This document shows positions 40,211 to 51,772 of a DNA stretch of 64,000 nt, piece by piece. The translations under genes were made by a program, and so were the position numbers. A model generated the notes under the pieces. The model searched no databases, had not been told where the DNA came from, and saw only the letters and a list, made by a program, of their open reading frames with translations. The stretch's first letter is position 1; the number at the start of each line of letters is the position of its first letter. This stretch comes from Eimeria praecox. Taxonomy: Eukaryota. The stretch lies in assembly GCA_963920595.1 (NCBI GenBank), contig OY986946.1, forward strand, positions 4,092,001 to 4,156,000, given 5' to 3'.

Positions 40211-40234
40211 CAGGTTCGAACCCTGCCGGTACCG
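40161..40234 (+). tRNA. tRNA-Asn (GTT) copy 3
   Basis: Same sequence as copy 2. Confidence 0.96.
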
Positions 40235-40712
40235 CATTTTGTCCATCTTACGCGAACCAGGACTCTTCGTGGTGAAGCACTCTGCTGATTGTGCCAGAAT
40301 TCGCCTTTGGGGAGGAGGACAGCACTACCCAGACCTCCGATAATCGCCCTCGTCCTCGCCCGAGAAATGCAGCTCCAACTCCCGGGAAAGGAGAAGAAGA
40401 AACGTGGTGAAGCACTCTGCTGATTGTGCCAGAATTCGCCTTTGGGGAGGAGGACAGCACTACCCAGACCTCCGAGAATCGCCCCCATCCTCGTCCGAGA
40501 AACGCAACTCCAAGTCCCGGGAGAGGAGAAGCAAAACCGCCCCTCCGTTTCAAAAACGCACTTCTCAAGCGTTGGGATCTTCCAATAGTGCAAAGGTCAA
40601 GTGGGATTCCCCTTTGACATACCTGATGGGGGACTCATGTTCGAGCCATCGCTGTTCTCCCGGCACCGCCGAACAGTCACGGTGATCATGTTGAGCGGAA
40701 GGCGCGCGCCAC

Positions 40713-40762
<50 letters not shown>

Positions 40763-40786
40763 CAGGTTCGAACCCTGCCGGTACCG
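40713..40786 (+). tRNA. tRNA-Asn (GTT) copy 4
   Basis: Same sequence as copy 2. Confidence 0.96.
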
Positions 40787-41261
40787 CATTTTGTCCATCT
40801 TACGCGAACCAGGACTCTTCGTGGTGAAGCACTCTGCTGATTGTGCCAGAATTCGCCTTTGGGGAGGACAGCACTACCCAGACCTCCGATAATCGCCCTC
40901 ATCCTCGCCCGAGAAACGCAGCTCCAACTCCCGGGAAAGGAGAAGAAGAAACGTGGTGAAGCACTCTGCTGATTGTGCCAGAATTCGCCTTTGGGGAGGA
41001 GGACAGCACTAGCCAGACCTCCGAGAATCGCCCCCATCCTCGTCCGAGAAACGCAACTCCAAGTCCCGGGAGAGGAGAAGCAAAACCGCCCCTCCGTTTC
41101 AAAAACGCACTTCTCAAGCTTTGGGATCTTCCAATAGTGCAAAGGTCAAGTGGGATTCCCCTTTGACATACCTGATGGGGGACTCATGTTCGAGCCATCG
41201 CTGTTCTCCCGGCACCGCCGAACAGTCACGGTGATCATGTTGAGCGGAAGGCGCGCGCCAC

Positions 41262-41311
<50 letters not shown>

Positions 41312-41335
41312 CAGGTTCGAACCCTGCCGGTACCG
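41262..41335 (+). tRNA. tRNA-Asn (GTT) copy 5
   Basis: Same sequence as copy 2; longer T-run downstream. Confidence 0.96.
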
Positions 41336-41810
41336 CATTTTTTCCATCTTACGCGAACCAGGACTCTTCGTGGTGAAGCACTCTGCTGATTGTGCCAGAA
41401 TTCGCCTTTGGGGAGGACAGCACTACCCAGACCTCCGATAATCGCCCTCATCCTCGCCCGAGAAACGCAGCTCCAACTCCCGGGAAAGGAGAAGAAGAAA
41501 CGTGGTGAAGCACTCTGCTGATTGTGCCAGAATTCGCCTTTGGGGAGGAGGACAGCACTACCCAGACCTCCGAGAATCGCCCCCATCCTCGTCCGAGAAA
41601 CGCAACTCCAAGTCCCGGGAGAGGAGAAGCAAAACCGCCCCTCCGTTTCAAAAACGCACTTCTCAAGCGTTGGGATCTTCCAATAGTGCAAAGGTCAAGT
41701 GGGATTCCCCTTTGACATACATGATGGGGGACTCATGTTCGAGCCATCGCTGTTCTCCCGGCACCGCCGAACAGTCACGGTGATCATGTTGAGCGGAAGG
41801 CGCGCGCCAC

Positions 41811-41860
<50 letters not shown>

Positions 41861-41884
41861 CAGGTTCGAACCCTGCCGGTACCG
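41811..41884 (+). tRNA. tRNA-Asn (GTT) copy 6
   Basis: Same sequence as copy 2. Confidence 0.96.
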
Positions 41885-42359
41885 CATTTTGTCCATCTTA
41901 CGCGAACCAGGACTCTTCGTGGTGAAGCACTCTGCTGATTGTGCCAGAATTCGCCTTTGGGGAGGACAGCACTACCCAGACCTCCGATAATCGCCCTCAT
42001 CCTCGCCCGAGAAACGCAGCTCCAACTCCCGGGAAAGGAGAAGAAGAAACGTGGTGAAGCACTCTGCTGATTGTGCCAGAATTCGCCTTTGGGGAGGAGG
42101 ACAGCACTAGCCAGACCTCCGAGAATCGCCCCCATCCTCGTCCGAGAAACGCAACTCCAAGTCCCGGGAGAGGAGAAGCAAAACCGCCCCTCCGTTTCAA
42201 AAACGCACTTCTCAAGCTTTGGGATCTTCCAATAGTGCAAAGGTCAAGTGGGATTCCCCTTTGACATACCTGATGGGGGACTCATGTTCGAGCCATCGCT
42301 GTTCTCCCGGCACCGCCGAACAGTCACGGTGATCATGTTGAGCGGAAGGCGCGCGCCAC

Positions 42360-42409
<50 letters not shown>

Positions 42410-42433
42410 CAGGTTCGAACCCTGCCGGTACCG
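42360..42433 (+). tRNA. tRNA-Asn (GTT) copy 7
   Basis: Same sequence as copy 2. Confidence 0.96.
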
Positions 42434-42908
42434 CATTTTGTCCATCTTACGCGAACCAGGACTCTTCGTGGTGAAGCACTCTGCTGATTGTGCCAGAATT
42501 CGCCTTTGGGGAGGACAGCACTACCCAGACCTCCGATAATCGCCCTCATCCTCGCCCGAGAAACGCAGCTCCAACTCCCGGGAAAGGAGAAGAAGAAACG
42601 TGGTGAAGCACTCTGCTGATTGTGCCAGAATTCGCCTTTGGGGAGGAGGACAGCACTAGCCAGACCTCCGAGAATCGCCCTCATCCTCGCCCGAGAAATG
42701 CAGCTCCAACTCCCGGGAGAGGAGAAGCAAAACCGCCCCTCCGTTTCAAAAACGCACTTCTCAAGCTTTGGGATCTTCCAATAGTGCAAAGGTCAAGTGG
42801 GATTCCCCTTTGACATACCTGATGGGGGACTCATGTTCGAGCCATCGCTGTTCTCCCGGCACCGCCGAACAGTCACGGTGATCATGTTGAGCGGAAGGCG
42901 CGCGCCAC

Positions 42909-42958
<50 letters not shown>

Positions 42959-42982
42959 CAGGTTCGAACCCTGCCGGTACCG
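42909..42982 (+). tRNA. tRNA-Asn (GTT) copy 8
   Basis: Same sequence as copy 2. Confidence 0.96.
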
Positions 42983-43460
42983 CATTTTGTCCATCTTACG
43001 CGAACCAGGACTCTTCGTGGTGAAGCACTCTGCTGATTGTGCCAGAATTCGCCTTTGGGGAGGAGGACAGCACTACCCAGACCTCCGAGAATCGCCCTCG
43101 TCCTCGCCCGAGAAATGCAGCTCCAACTCCCGGGAAAGGAGAAGAAGAAACGTGGTGAAGCACTCTGCTGATTGTGCCAGAATTCGCCTTTGGGGAGGAG
43201 GACAGCACTACCCAGACCTCCGAGAATCGCCCCCATCCTCGTCCGAGAAACGCAGCTCCAAATCCCGGGAGAGGAGAAGCAAAACCGCCCCTCCGTTTCA
43301 AAAACGCACTTCTCAAGCGTTGGGATCTTCCAATAGTGCAAAGGTCAAGTGGGATTCCCCTTTGACATACCTGATGGGGGACTCATGTTTGAGCCATCGC
43401 TGTTCTCCCGGCACCACCGAACAGTCACGGTGATCATGTTGAGCGGAAGGCGCGCGCCAC

Positions 43461-43510
<50 letters not shown>

Positions 43511-43534
43511 CAGGTTCGAACCCTGCCGGTACCG
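43461..43534 (+). tRNA. tRNA-Asn (GTT) copy 9
   Basis: Same sequence as copy 2. Confidence 0.96.
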
Positions 43535-44012
43535 CATTTTATCCATCTTACGCGAACCAGGACTCTTCGTGGTGAAGCACTCTGCTGATTGTGCCAGAAT
43601 TCGCCTTTGGCGAAGAGGACAGCACTACCCAGACCTCCGATAATCGCCCTCATCCTCGCCCGAGAAATGCAGCTCCAACTCCCGGGAAAGGAGAAGAAGA
43701 AACGTGGTGAAGCACTCTGCTAATTGTGCCAGAATTCGCCTTTGGGGAGGAGGACAGCACTAGCCAGACCTCCGAGAATCGCCCCCATCCTCGTCCGAGA
43801 AACGCAACTCCAACTCCCGGGAGAGGAGAAGCAAAACCGCCCCTCCGTTTCAAAAACGCACTTCTCAAGCTTTGGGATCTTCCAATAGTGCAAAGGTCAA
43901 GTGGGATTCCCCTTTGACATACATGATGGGGGACTCATGTTCGAGCCATCGCTGTTCTCCCGGCACCGCCGAACAGTCACGGTGATCATGTTGAGCGGAA
44001 GGCGCGCGCCAC

Positions 44013-44062
<50 letters not shown>

Positions 44063-44086
44063 CAGGTTCGAACCCTGCCGGTACCG
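44013..44086 (+). tRNA. tRNA-Asn (GTT) copy 10
   Basis: Same sequence as copy 2. Confidence 0.96.
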
Positions 44087-44564
44087 CATTTTGTCCATCT
44101 TACGCGAACCAGGACTCTTCGTGGTGAAGCACTCTGCTGATTGTGCCAGAATTCGCCTTTGGGGAGGAGGACAGCACTACCCAGACCTCCGAGAATCGCC
44201 CTCGTCCTCGCCCGAGAAATGCAGCTCCAACTCCCGGGAAAGGAGAAGAAGAAACGTGGTGAAGCACTCTGCTGATTGTGCCAGAATTCGCCTTTGGGGA
44301 GGAGGACAGCACTACCCAGACCTCCGAGAATCGCCCCCATCCTCGTCCGAGAAACGCAACTCCAAGTCCCGGGAGAGGAGAAGCAAAACCGCCCCTCCGT
44401 TTCAAAAACGCACTTCTCAAGCGTTGGGATCTTCCAATAGTGCAAAGGTCAAGTGGGATTCCCCTTTGACATACATGATGGGGGACTCATGTTCGAGCCA
44501 TCGCTGTTCTCCCGGCACCGCCGAACAGTCACGGTGATCATGTTGAGCGGAAGGCGCGCGCCAC

Positions 44565-44614
<50 letters not shown>

Positions 44615-44638
44615 CAGGTTCGAACCCTGCCGGTACCG
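44565..44638 (+). tRNA. tRNA-Asn (GTT) copy 11; T-run terminator disrupted
   Basis: Same tRNA body, followed by CATTGT instead of CATTTT. Confidence 0.95.
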
Positions 44639-45251
44639 CATTGTATCCATCTTACGCGAACCAGGACTCTTCGTGGTGAAGCACTCTGCTGATTGTGCCA
44701 GAATTCGCCTTTGGGGAGGAGGACAGCACTACCCAGACCTCCGAGAATCGCCCTCATCCTCGCCCGAGAAATGCAGCTCCAACTCCCGGGAGAGGAGAAG
44801 AAGAAACGTGGTGAAGCACTCTGCTGATTGTGCCAGAATTCGCCTTTGGGGAGGAGGACAGCACTACCCAGACCTCCGATAATCGCCCTCGTCCTCGCCC
44901 GAGAAATGCAGCTCCAACTCCCCGGAGACGAGAAGAAGAAACGTGGTGAAGCACTCTGCTGATTGTGCCAGAATTCGCCTTTGGGGAGGAGGACAGCACT
45001 AGCCAGACCTCCGAGAATCGCCCCCATCCTCGTCCGAGAAACGCAACTCCAAGTCCCGGGAGAGGAGAAGCAAAACCGCCCCTCCGTTTCAAAAACGCAC
45101 TTCTCAAGCGTTGGGATCTTCCAATAGTGCAAAGGTCAAGTGGGATTCCCCTTTGACATACATGATGGGGGACTCATGTTCGAGCCATCGCTGTTCTCCC
45201 GGCACCGCCGAACAGTCACGGTGATCATGTTGAGCGGAAGGCGCGCGCCAC

Positions 45252-45301
<50 letters not shown>

Positions 45302-45325
45302 CAGGTTCGAACCCTGCCGGTACCG
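45252..45325 (+). tRNA. tRNA-Asn (GTT) copy 12
   Basis: Same sequence as copy 2. Confidence 0.96.
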
Positions 45326-45665
45326 CATTTTGTCCATCTTACGCGAACCAGGACTCTTCGTGGTGAAGCACTCTGCTGATTGTGCCAGAATTCGCCTTTG
45401 GGGAGGACAGCACTACCCAGACCCCCGAGGACCGCCCTCATCCTCGCCCGAGAAATGCAGCTCCAACTCCCGGGAAAGGAGAAGCAAAACCGCCCCTCCG
45501 TTTCAAAAACGCACTTCTCAAGCGTTGGGATCTTCCAATAGTGCAAAGGTCAAGTGGGATTCCCCTTTGACATACCTGATGGGGGACTCATGTTCGAGCC
45601 ATCGCTGTTCTCCCGGCACCGCCGAACAGTCACGGTGATCATGTTGAGCGGAAGGCGCGCGCCAC

Positions 45666-45715
<50 letters not shown>

Positions 45716-45739
45716 CAGGTTCGAACCCTGCCGGTACCG
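45666..45739 (+). tRNA. tRNA-Asn (GTT) copy 13
   Basis: Same sequence as copy 2. Confidence 0.96.
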
Positions 45740-46217
45740 CATTTTGTCCATCTTACGCGAACCAGGACTCTTCGTGGTGAAGCACTCTGCTGATTGTGCC
45801 AGAATTCGCCTTTGGGGAGGAGGACAGCACTACCCAGACCTCCGAGAATCGCCCTCGTCCTCGCCCGAGAAATGCAGCTCCAACTCCCGGGAAAGGAGAA
45901 GAAGAAACGTGGTGAAGCACTCTGCTAATTGTGCCAGAATTCGCCTTTGGGGAGGAGGACAGCACTAGCCAGACCTCCGAGAATCGCCCCCATCCTCGTC
46001 CGAGAAACGCAACTCCAAGTCCCGGGAGAGGAGAAGCAAAACCGCCCCTCCGTTTCAAAAACGCACTTCTCAAGCGTTGGGATCTTCCAATAGTGCAAAG
46101 GTCAAGTGGGATTCCCCTTTGACATACATGATGGGGGACTCATGTTCGAGCCATCGCTGTTCTCCCGGCACCGCCGAACAGTCACGGTGATCATGTTGAG
46201 CGGAAGGCGCGCGCCAC

Positions 46218-46267
<50 letters not shown>

Positions 46268-46291
46268 CAGGTTCGAACCCTGCCGGTACCG
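46218..46291 (+). tRNA. tRNA-Asn (GTT) copy 14
   Basis: Same sequence as copy 2. Confidence 0.96.
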
Positions 46292-46904
46292 CATTTTATC
46301 CATCTTACGCGAACCAGGACTCTTCGTGGTGAAGCACTCTGCTGATTGTGCGAGAATTCGCCTTTGGGGAGGAGGACAGCACTACCCAGACCTCCGAGAA
46401 TCGCCCTCATCCTCGCCCGAGAAATGCAGCTCCAACTCCCGGGAAAGGAGAAGAAGAAACGTGGTGAAGCACTCTGCTAATTGTGCCAGAATTCGCCTTT
46501 GGGGAGGAGGACAGCACTACCCAGACCTCCGAGAATCGCCCTCGTCCTCGCCCGAGAAATGCAGCTCCAACTCCCCGGAGACGAGAAGAAGAAACGTGGT
46601 GAAGCACTCTGCTGATTGTGCCAGAATTCGCCTTTGGGGAGGAGGACAGCACTAGCCAGACCTCCGAGAATCGCCCCCATCCTCGTCCGAGAAACGCAAC
46701 TCCAAGTCCCGGGAGAGGAGAAGCAAAACCGCCCCTCCGTTTCAAAAACGCACTTCTCAAGCGTTGGGATCTTCCAATAGTGCAAAGGTCAAGTGGGATT
46801 CCCCTTTGACATACATGATGGGGGACTCATGTTCGAGCCATCGCTGTTCTCCCGGCACCGCCGAACAGTCACGGTGATCATGTTGAGCGGAAGGCGCGCG
46901 CCAC

Positions 46905-46954
<50 letters not shown>

Positions 46955-46978
46955 CAGGTTCGAACCCTGCCGGTACCG
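46905..46978 (+). tRNA. tRNA-Asn (GTT) copy 15
   Basis: Same sequence as copy 2. Confidence 0.96.
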
Positions 46979-47318
46979 CATTTTATCCATCTTACGCGAA
47001 CCAGGACTCTTCGTGGTGAAGCACTCTGCTGATTGTGCCAGAATTCGCCTTTGGGGAGGACAGCACTACCCAGACCTCCGAGAATCGCCCTCATCCTCGC
47101 CCGAGAAATGCAGCTCCAACTCCCGGGAAAGGAGAAGCAAAACCGCCCCTCCGTTTCAAAAACGCACTTCTCAAGCTTTGGGATCTTCCAATAGTGCAAA
47201 GGTCAAGTGGGATTCCCCTTTGACATACCTGATGGGGGACTCATGTTCGAGCCATCGCTGTTCTCCCGGCACCGCCGAACAGTCACGGTGATCATGTTGA
47301 GCGGAAGGCGCGCGCCAC

Positions 47319-47368
<50 letters not shown>

Positions 47369-47392
47369 CAGGTTCGAACCCTGCCGGTACCG
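47319..47392 (+). tRNA. tRNA-Asn (GTT) copy 16
   Basis: Same sequence as copy 2. Confidence 0.96.
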
Positions 47393-47870
47393 CATTTTGT
47401 CCATCTTATGCGAACCAGGACTCTTCGTGGTGAAGCACTCTGCTGATTGTGCCAGAATTCGCCTTTGGGGAGGAGGACAGCACTACCCAGACCTCCGATA
47501 ATCGCCCTCGTCCTCGCCCGAGAAATGCAGCTCCAAGTCCCGGGAGACGAGAAGAAGAAACGTGGTGAAGCACTCTGCTGATTGTGCCAGAATTCGCCTT
47601 TGGGGAGGAGGACAGCACTAGCCAGACCTCCGAGAATCGCCCCCATCCTCGTCCGAGAAACGCAACTCCAAGTCCCGGGAGAGGAGAAGCAAAACCGCCC
47701 CTCCGTTTCAAAAACGCACTTCTCAAGCGTTGGGATCTTCCAATAGTGCAAAGGTCAAGTGGGATTCCCCTTTGACATACATGATGGGGGACTCATGTTC
47801 GAGCCATCGCTGTTCTCCCGGCACCGCCGAACAGTCACGGTGATCATGTTGAGCGGAAGGCGCGCGCCAC

Positions 47871-47920
<50 letters not shown>

Positions 47921-47944
47921 CAGGTTCGAACCCTGCCGGTACCG
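47871..47944 (+). tRNA. tRNA-Asn (GTT) copy 17
   Basis: Same sequence as copy 2. Confidence 0.96.
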
Positions 47945-48284
47945 CATTTTATCCATCTTACGCGAACCAGGACTCTTCGTGGTGAAGCACTCTGCTGATT
48001 GTGCCAGAATTCGCCTTTGGGGAGGACAGCACTACCCAGACCTCCGAGAATCGCCCTCATCCTCGCCCGAGAAATGCAGCTCCAACTCCCGGGAAAGGAG
48101 AAGCAAAACCGCCCCTCCGTTTCAAAAACGCACTTCTCAAGCTTTGGGATCTTCCAATAGTGCAAAGGTCAAGTGGGATTCCCCTTTGACATACCTGATG
48201 GGGGACTCATGTTCGAGCCATCGCTGTTCTCCCGGCACCGCCGAACAGTCACGGTGATCATGTTGAGCGGAAGGCGCGCGCCAC

Positions 48285-48334
<50 letters not shown>

Positions 48335-48358
48335 CAGGTTCGAACCCTGCCGGTACCG
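48285..48358 (+). tRNA. tRNA-Asn (GTT) copy 18
   Basis: Same sequence as copy 2. Confidence 0.96.
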
Positions 48359-48836
48359 CATTTTGTCCATCTTATGCGAACCAGGACTCTTCGTGGTGAA
48401 GCACTCTGCTGATTGTGCCAGAATTCGCCTTTGGGGAGGAGGACAGCACTACCCAGACCTCCGATAATCGCCCTCGTCCTCGCCCGAGAAATGCAGCTCC
48501 AACTCCCGGGAAAGGAGAAGAAGAAACGTGGTGAAGCACTCTGCTAATTGTGCCAGAATTCGCCTTTGGGGAGGAGGACAGCACTAGCCAGACCTCCGAG
48601 AATCGCCCCCATCCTCGTCCGAGAAACGCAACTCCAAGTCCCGGGAGAGGAGAAGCAAAACCGCCCCTCCGTTTCAAAAACGCACTTCTCAAGCGTTGGG
48701 ATCTTCCAATAGTGCAAAGGTCAAGTGGGATTCCCCTTTGACATACATGATGGGGGACTCATGTTCGAGCCATCGCTGTTCTCCCGGCACCGCCGAACAG
48801 TCACGGTGATCATGTTGAGCGGAAGGCGCGCGCCAC

Positions 48837-48886
<50 letters not shown>

Positions 48887-48910
48887 CAGGTTCGAACCCT
48901 GCCGGTACCG
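48837..48910 (+). tRNA. tRNA-Asn (GTT) copy 19
   Basis: Same sequence as copy 2. Confidence 0.96.
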
Positions 48911-49243
48911 CATTTTATCCATCTTACGCGAACCAGGGCTGTTCGTGGTGAAGCACTCTGCTGATTGTGCCAGAATTCGCCTTTGGGGAGGAGGACAGCA
49001 CTAGCCAGGCCTGCGAGAATCGCCCTCGTCCTCGCCCGAGAAACGCAGCTCCAACTCCCGGGAGAGGAGAAGCAGAAACGCCCCTTCATTTAAACAAGAG
49101 CAGTTCTCAACCTATGGGAGCTTCTACTAGTTCAAAGTTGAAGTGGGATCAATTTTGACGTGCCTGCTGGGGGATGCATATTCGAGCCATATCTGTTCTC
49201 CCGGCACCGCCGAACAGTCACGGTGATCATGTGGAGCGGACGG

Positions 49244-49684
49244 TGCAATGCGTGATCACTACAACGCGGTTTCCGCTGAGGTGATGGGGAGTGAATTCGT
49301 TATAAAGCACAGGGTGCAAGATATCTCATAGAATAATGAGCGTTTGGACCGTTGTTGTGGTCGAATGGGCCGCTCGTGCCTACAGCTCTTAGGATTTAGG
49401 GCAGGCGGTCCCGTGGCGCTTGCTTCTGAGAGGGTGAGGCGCGCGGTCCTAACTCTCTTTGAGGACAGTCATACGCTTAGAAGGGGAGATGTTTAGAGGG
49501 GGAGACGTTTTAAGAAGAAACATCCTAAGAAGCCCGCTTTTGCGCTTTGAGTAGTCGGGATTGGGTGTTTAATGGTTTCTAGTAAGGTATCCGCAGAGAT
49601 ATGAATTGGATAGATAGTGTGCACGGGGCTTCGCAGGCCATAGTTTAACGTAATGCCAGCTATGAGGCCAGGCGGTCCACTACG
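49244..49684 (+). repeat. 5' LTR (441 bp)
   Basis: Begins TGCAATGCGTGATCACTACAA and ends GGCGGTCCACTACG. Colinear with 51773-52215; shared blocks include GAGTGAATTCGT, GGCGGTCCCGTGGCGCTTGC, AACATCCTAAGAAGCC and GCTTCGCAGGCC. Confidence 0.88.
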
Positions 49685-49685
49685 T

Positions 49686-49704
49686 TGGGGGGCTGTTCCG
49701 GGAT
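49686..49704 (+). promoter_or_regulatory. Putative primer-binding site, tRNA-Pro-like
   Basis: TGGGGGGCTGTTCCGGGAT immediately after the 5' LTR resembles the canonical tRNA-Pro PBS TGGGGGCTCGTCCGGGAT. Confidence 0.65.
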
Positions 49705-50150
49705 AATTTTAACTCGATGTCTCTTGCATTCGAAGTAGAATCCGCGACTACAGTGACTGCTGAAAAGAGGCGTTGTAGGCTCCAAGCGGTCGGAGGCCAA
49801 CGCGTACATGGGCCTGCGCAACGGGAGGATGCTACCTGAGACCTCTTGCACTTACGTTGAGCCCGCGTTTGCGGCAATTTTTGAGTCATTTCGTAACCTG
49901 TCTCAGGATGTCTCAGGCCAAGCCGCGCATGCACGTATGCAACGGAAAGATCCTAAGCGGTAACGCAGGCTCAGGCTGGGGAAGGAAGAGAGCTCCCATA
50001 CGAATCAGAGAGTGAAATGGGTGTAGAAGATGAGGAACCGCCCGTCGTTTCGCCGAAGGAGATTTTCCACCGGAAGTCAAGGTTATGCTCATACGGCATA
50101 GACACGACGGCGTCTGAAGAAGAGCCGCGCACAAACTTAACTTCAGGATA

Positions 50151-51680
50151 ATGTCTGAAGACAGCAGGCACAACAGAAGCCAGCGGATGCGGCATGAGCT
50201 GCCGCAAGCGAAACCGAGAGGGGAGGAGGCAACGGAGGGGACTCCGCTTGTAGAGAGTACGATGGTTGAGAGAACCGACGTATATTATGAATGTAACGGT
50301 ACAGGGATTCTATGCGCTGTAGTGACAGGACTTAATGAGATTCCCGTGTCCTCGAAGTGGGGGAAGAAAACAATAGGTGGGGGCAGGCCCGTTACGATAG
50401 AGGCTGCCGAAAGGGAAGAGGATCCGCAGGCAATGGAGGCGTACATAGAGGGGGAGGCCACAGGGGATGAAGTGGAAGAGATATGGCGTGTAGCAAACTG
50501 ATTTTGCAAAGGAAAAGCTGAGGGAGCGGATGATTCCGATTGTCTGATTGGTGAGAGTGTAGTGACGCCATGGGGACGCGAAGCTAGTGAGCTACCAGAA
50601 TCTAACAAGGGCGGTATATTGTACAACGTTGGCACTACCGCCGTTCTAAGAGTAGATGCAGCTGGCGGCTACGGCGAGGCGCTCTTGGATACGGAGGCCT
50701 CAAGAGCTTCACTAGTCAAGGGAGAGTTGAACATTTACAGCTGAAGGGGCGGCGACCTTCAGAAGAATGTATGCTTACAGTGGTCAGTGGCGAACAGATG
50801 CGCCACTGACCACTGTAAACATACATTCTTCTGAAGGTCGCAGTGGCCAGTGGCGCATCTGTTCGCCACTGACCACTGTAAACATACATTCTTCTTACAG
50901 ATGCGCATTGATCGTGTTGCCATGAGATCGACGACCGGGGGTGGACGGGAGCCTTCCACAGGAAATTTCTTGAGGGGGCTTGTGTCCTATGAAGTTGTGT
51001 TGGGGCTTGCTTCGTCGACCGCGCAACGAGTGGCGTGGTATCTTCAGTCCGACAGTTGCGAATCCGCGTGAATGAGACGTGGGATGAGCTAACGTTAGCT
51101 CGATCATGTGCAGAAAGGCAAAAGGGAGGCCACGCTAAAGGAATGCGGCAGAGGACCCCAGCAGAGCACGCATACGTCATCATCGCCAGGCAAGTGGCGG
51201 GCACGTCAACGGAACAGGTCGCGGCCATCCTACGGCCCCCACCTCAGCGGTACCAGGCCCACGCGAGGGCAGGGGCGAAGGTATTGATTGATTCTTTAGT
51301 TCAGCAGGATAAGGCAAATGTGCAGGGAATATACCGTATAGTGGCTTCTCTGGATGCCGGAAACACAGTGGGGGTACGCCGCATCGATGAGCGGCGAGGG
51401 GGACTGTGCTATGCATGGATTGGGCTTCTCCACCCGTCAGTCAGCTAGTTCAGCAACCAAGCTCATAATAACTCAACAGCAGATGGAGATGAGAAGGAAC
51501 ACCGAGGAGTGAGGCACAACTCGGATATTTCGAACCTGATGAATGGATGGTGACAGCAGAGGCGCAGTGCTTCTCTCAGGAGATCCTCGACGTGTTGCGG
51601 AACACCGGAAGGTCTTCCCCGACGCAGTACCGGCACGGCTGCCGCCAAGGCGCCCTGACAATTATCACACCTTTCTTGTG
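50151..51680 (+). pseudogene. Frameshifted gag/protease/pre-RT remnants of the retrotransposon
   Basis: YYECNGTG (decayed CCHC knuckle, ~50281); EALLDTEASR (retropepsin LLDTGAS with G->E, Asp codon 50688-50690); YEVVLGL (D-x-x-L-G-like); HRKVFPDAVPARLPPRRPDNY (Ty3/gypsy VFP..LP..LPP.R linker, ~51600-51665). Multiple stops and frameshifts. Confidence 0.8.
50752..50841. repeat. 41-bp-arm inverted repeat (1 mismatch, 8-nt loop)
   Basis: GCGACCTTCAGAAGAATGTATGCTTACAGTGGTCAGTGGCG-AACAGATG-CGCCACTGACCACTGTAAACATACATTCTTCTGAAGGTCGC. Confidence 0.93.
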
Positions 51681-51757
51681 CTAGTTTCGATTCGTGACTA
51701 CGCGTTGTTTGGCGTGTTGTTAGGCTTTCTTGCTGTGAAGCGAGGGGGATTAAATAT

Positions 51758-51770
51758 GAGAACGGGGGAA
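51758..51770 (+). promoter_or_regulatory. Putative polypurine tract
   Basis: GAGAACGGGGGAA, 2 nt before the TG start of the 3' LTR. Confidence 0.6.
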
Positions 51771-51772
51771 CT

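Noticed and set aside
39063..48910. CRISPR-like regular repeat/spacer pattern
   Set aside because: The repeats are tRNA genes, the spacers are homologous and hundreds of bp long, no cas genes are present, and the DNA is eukaryotic.
39193..49158. Repeated short ORFs in the array (MPEFAFGEED..., MHYWKIP..., MRSAFLK...); all unit lengths are multiples of 3
   Set aside because: Many use non-ATG starts, stop codons are polymorphic between units, and no frame stays open across a whole unit. They are best explained as by-products of a GC-rich repeat.
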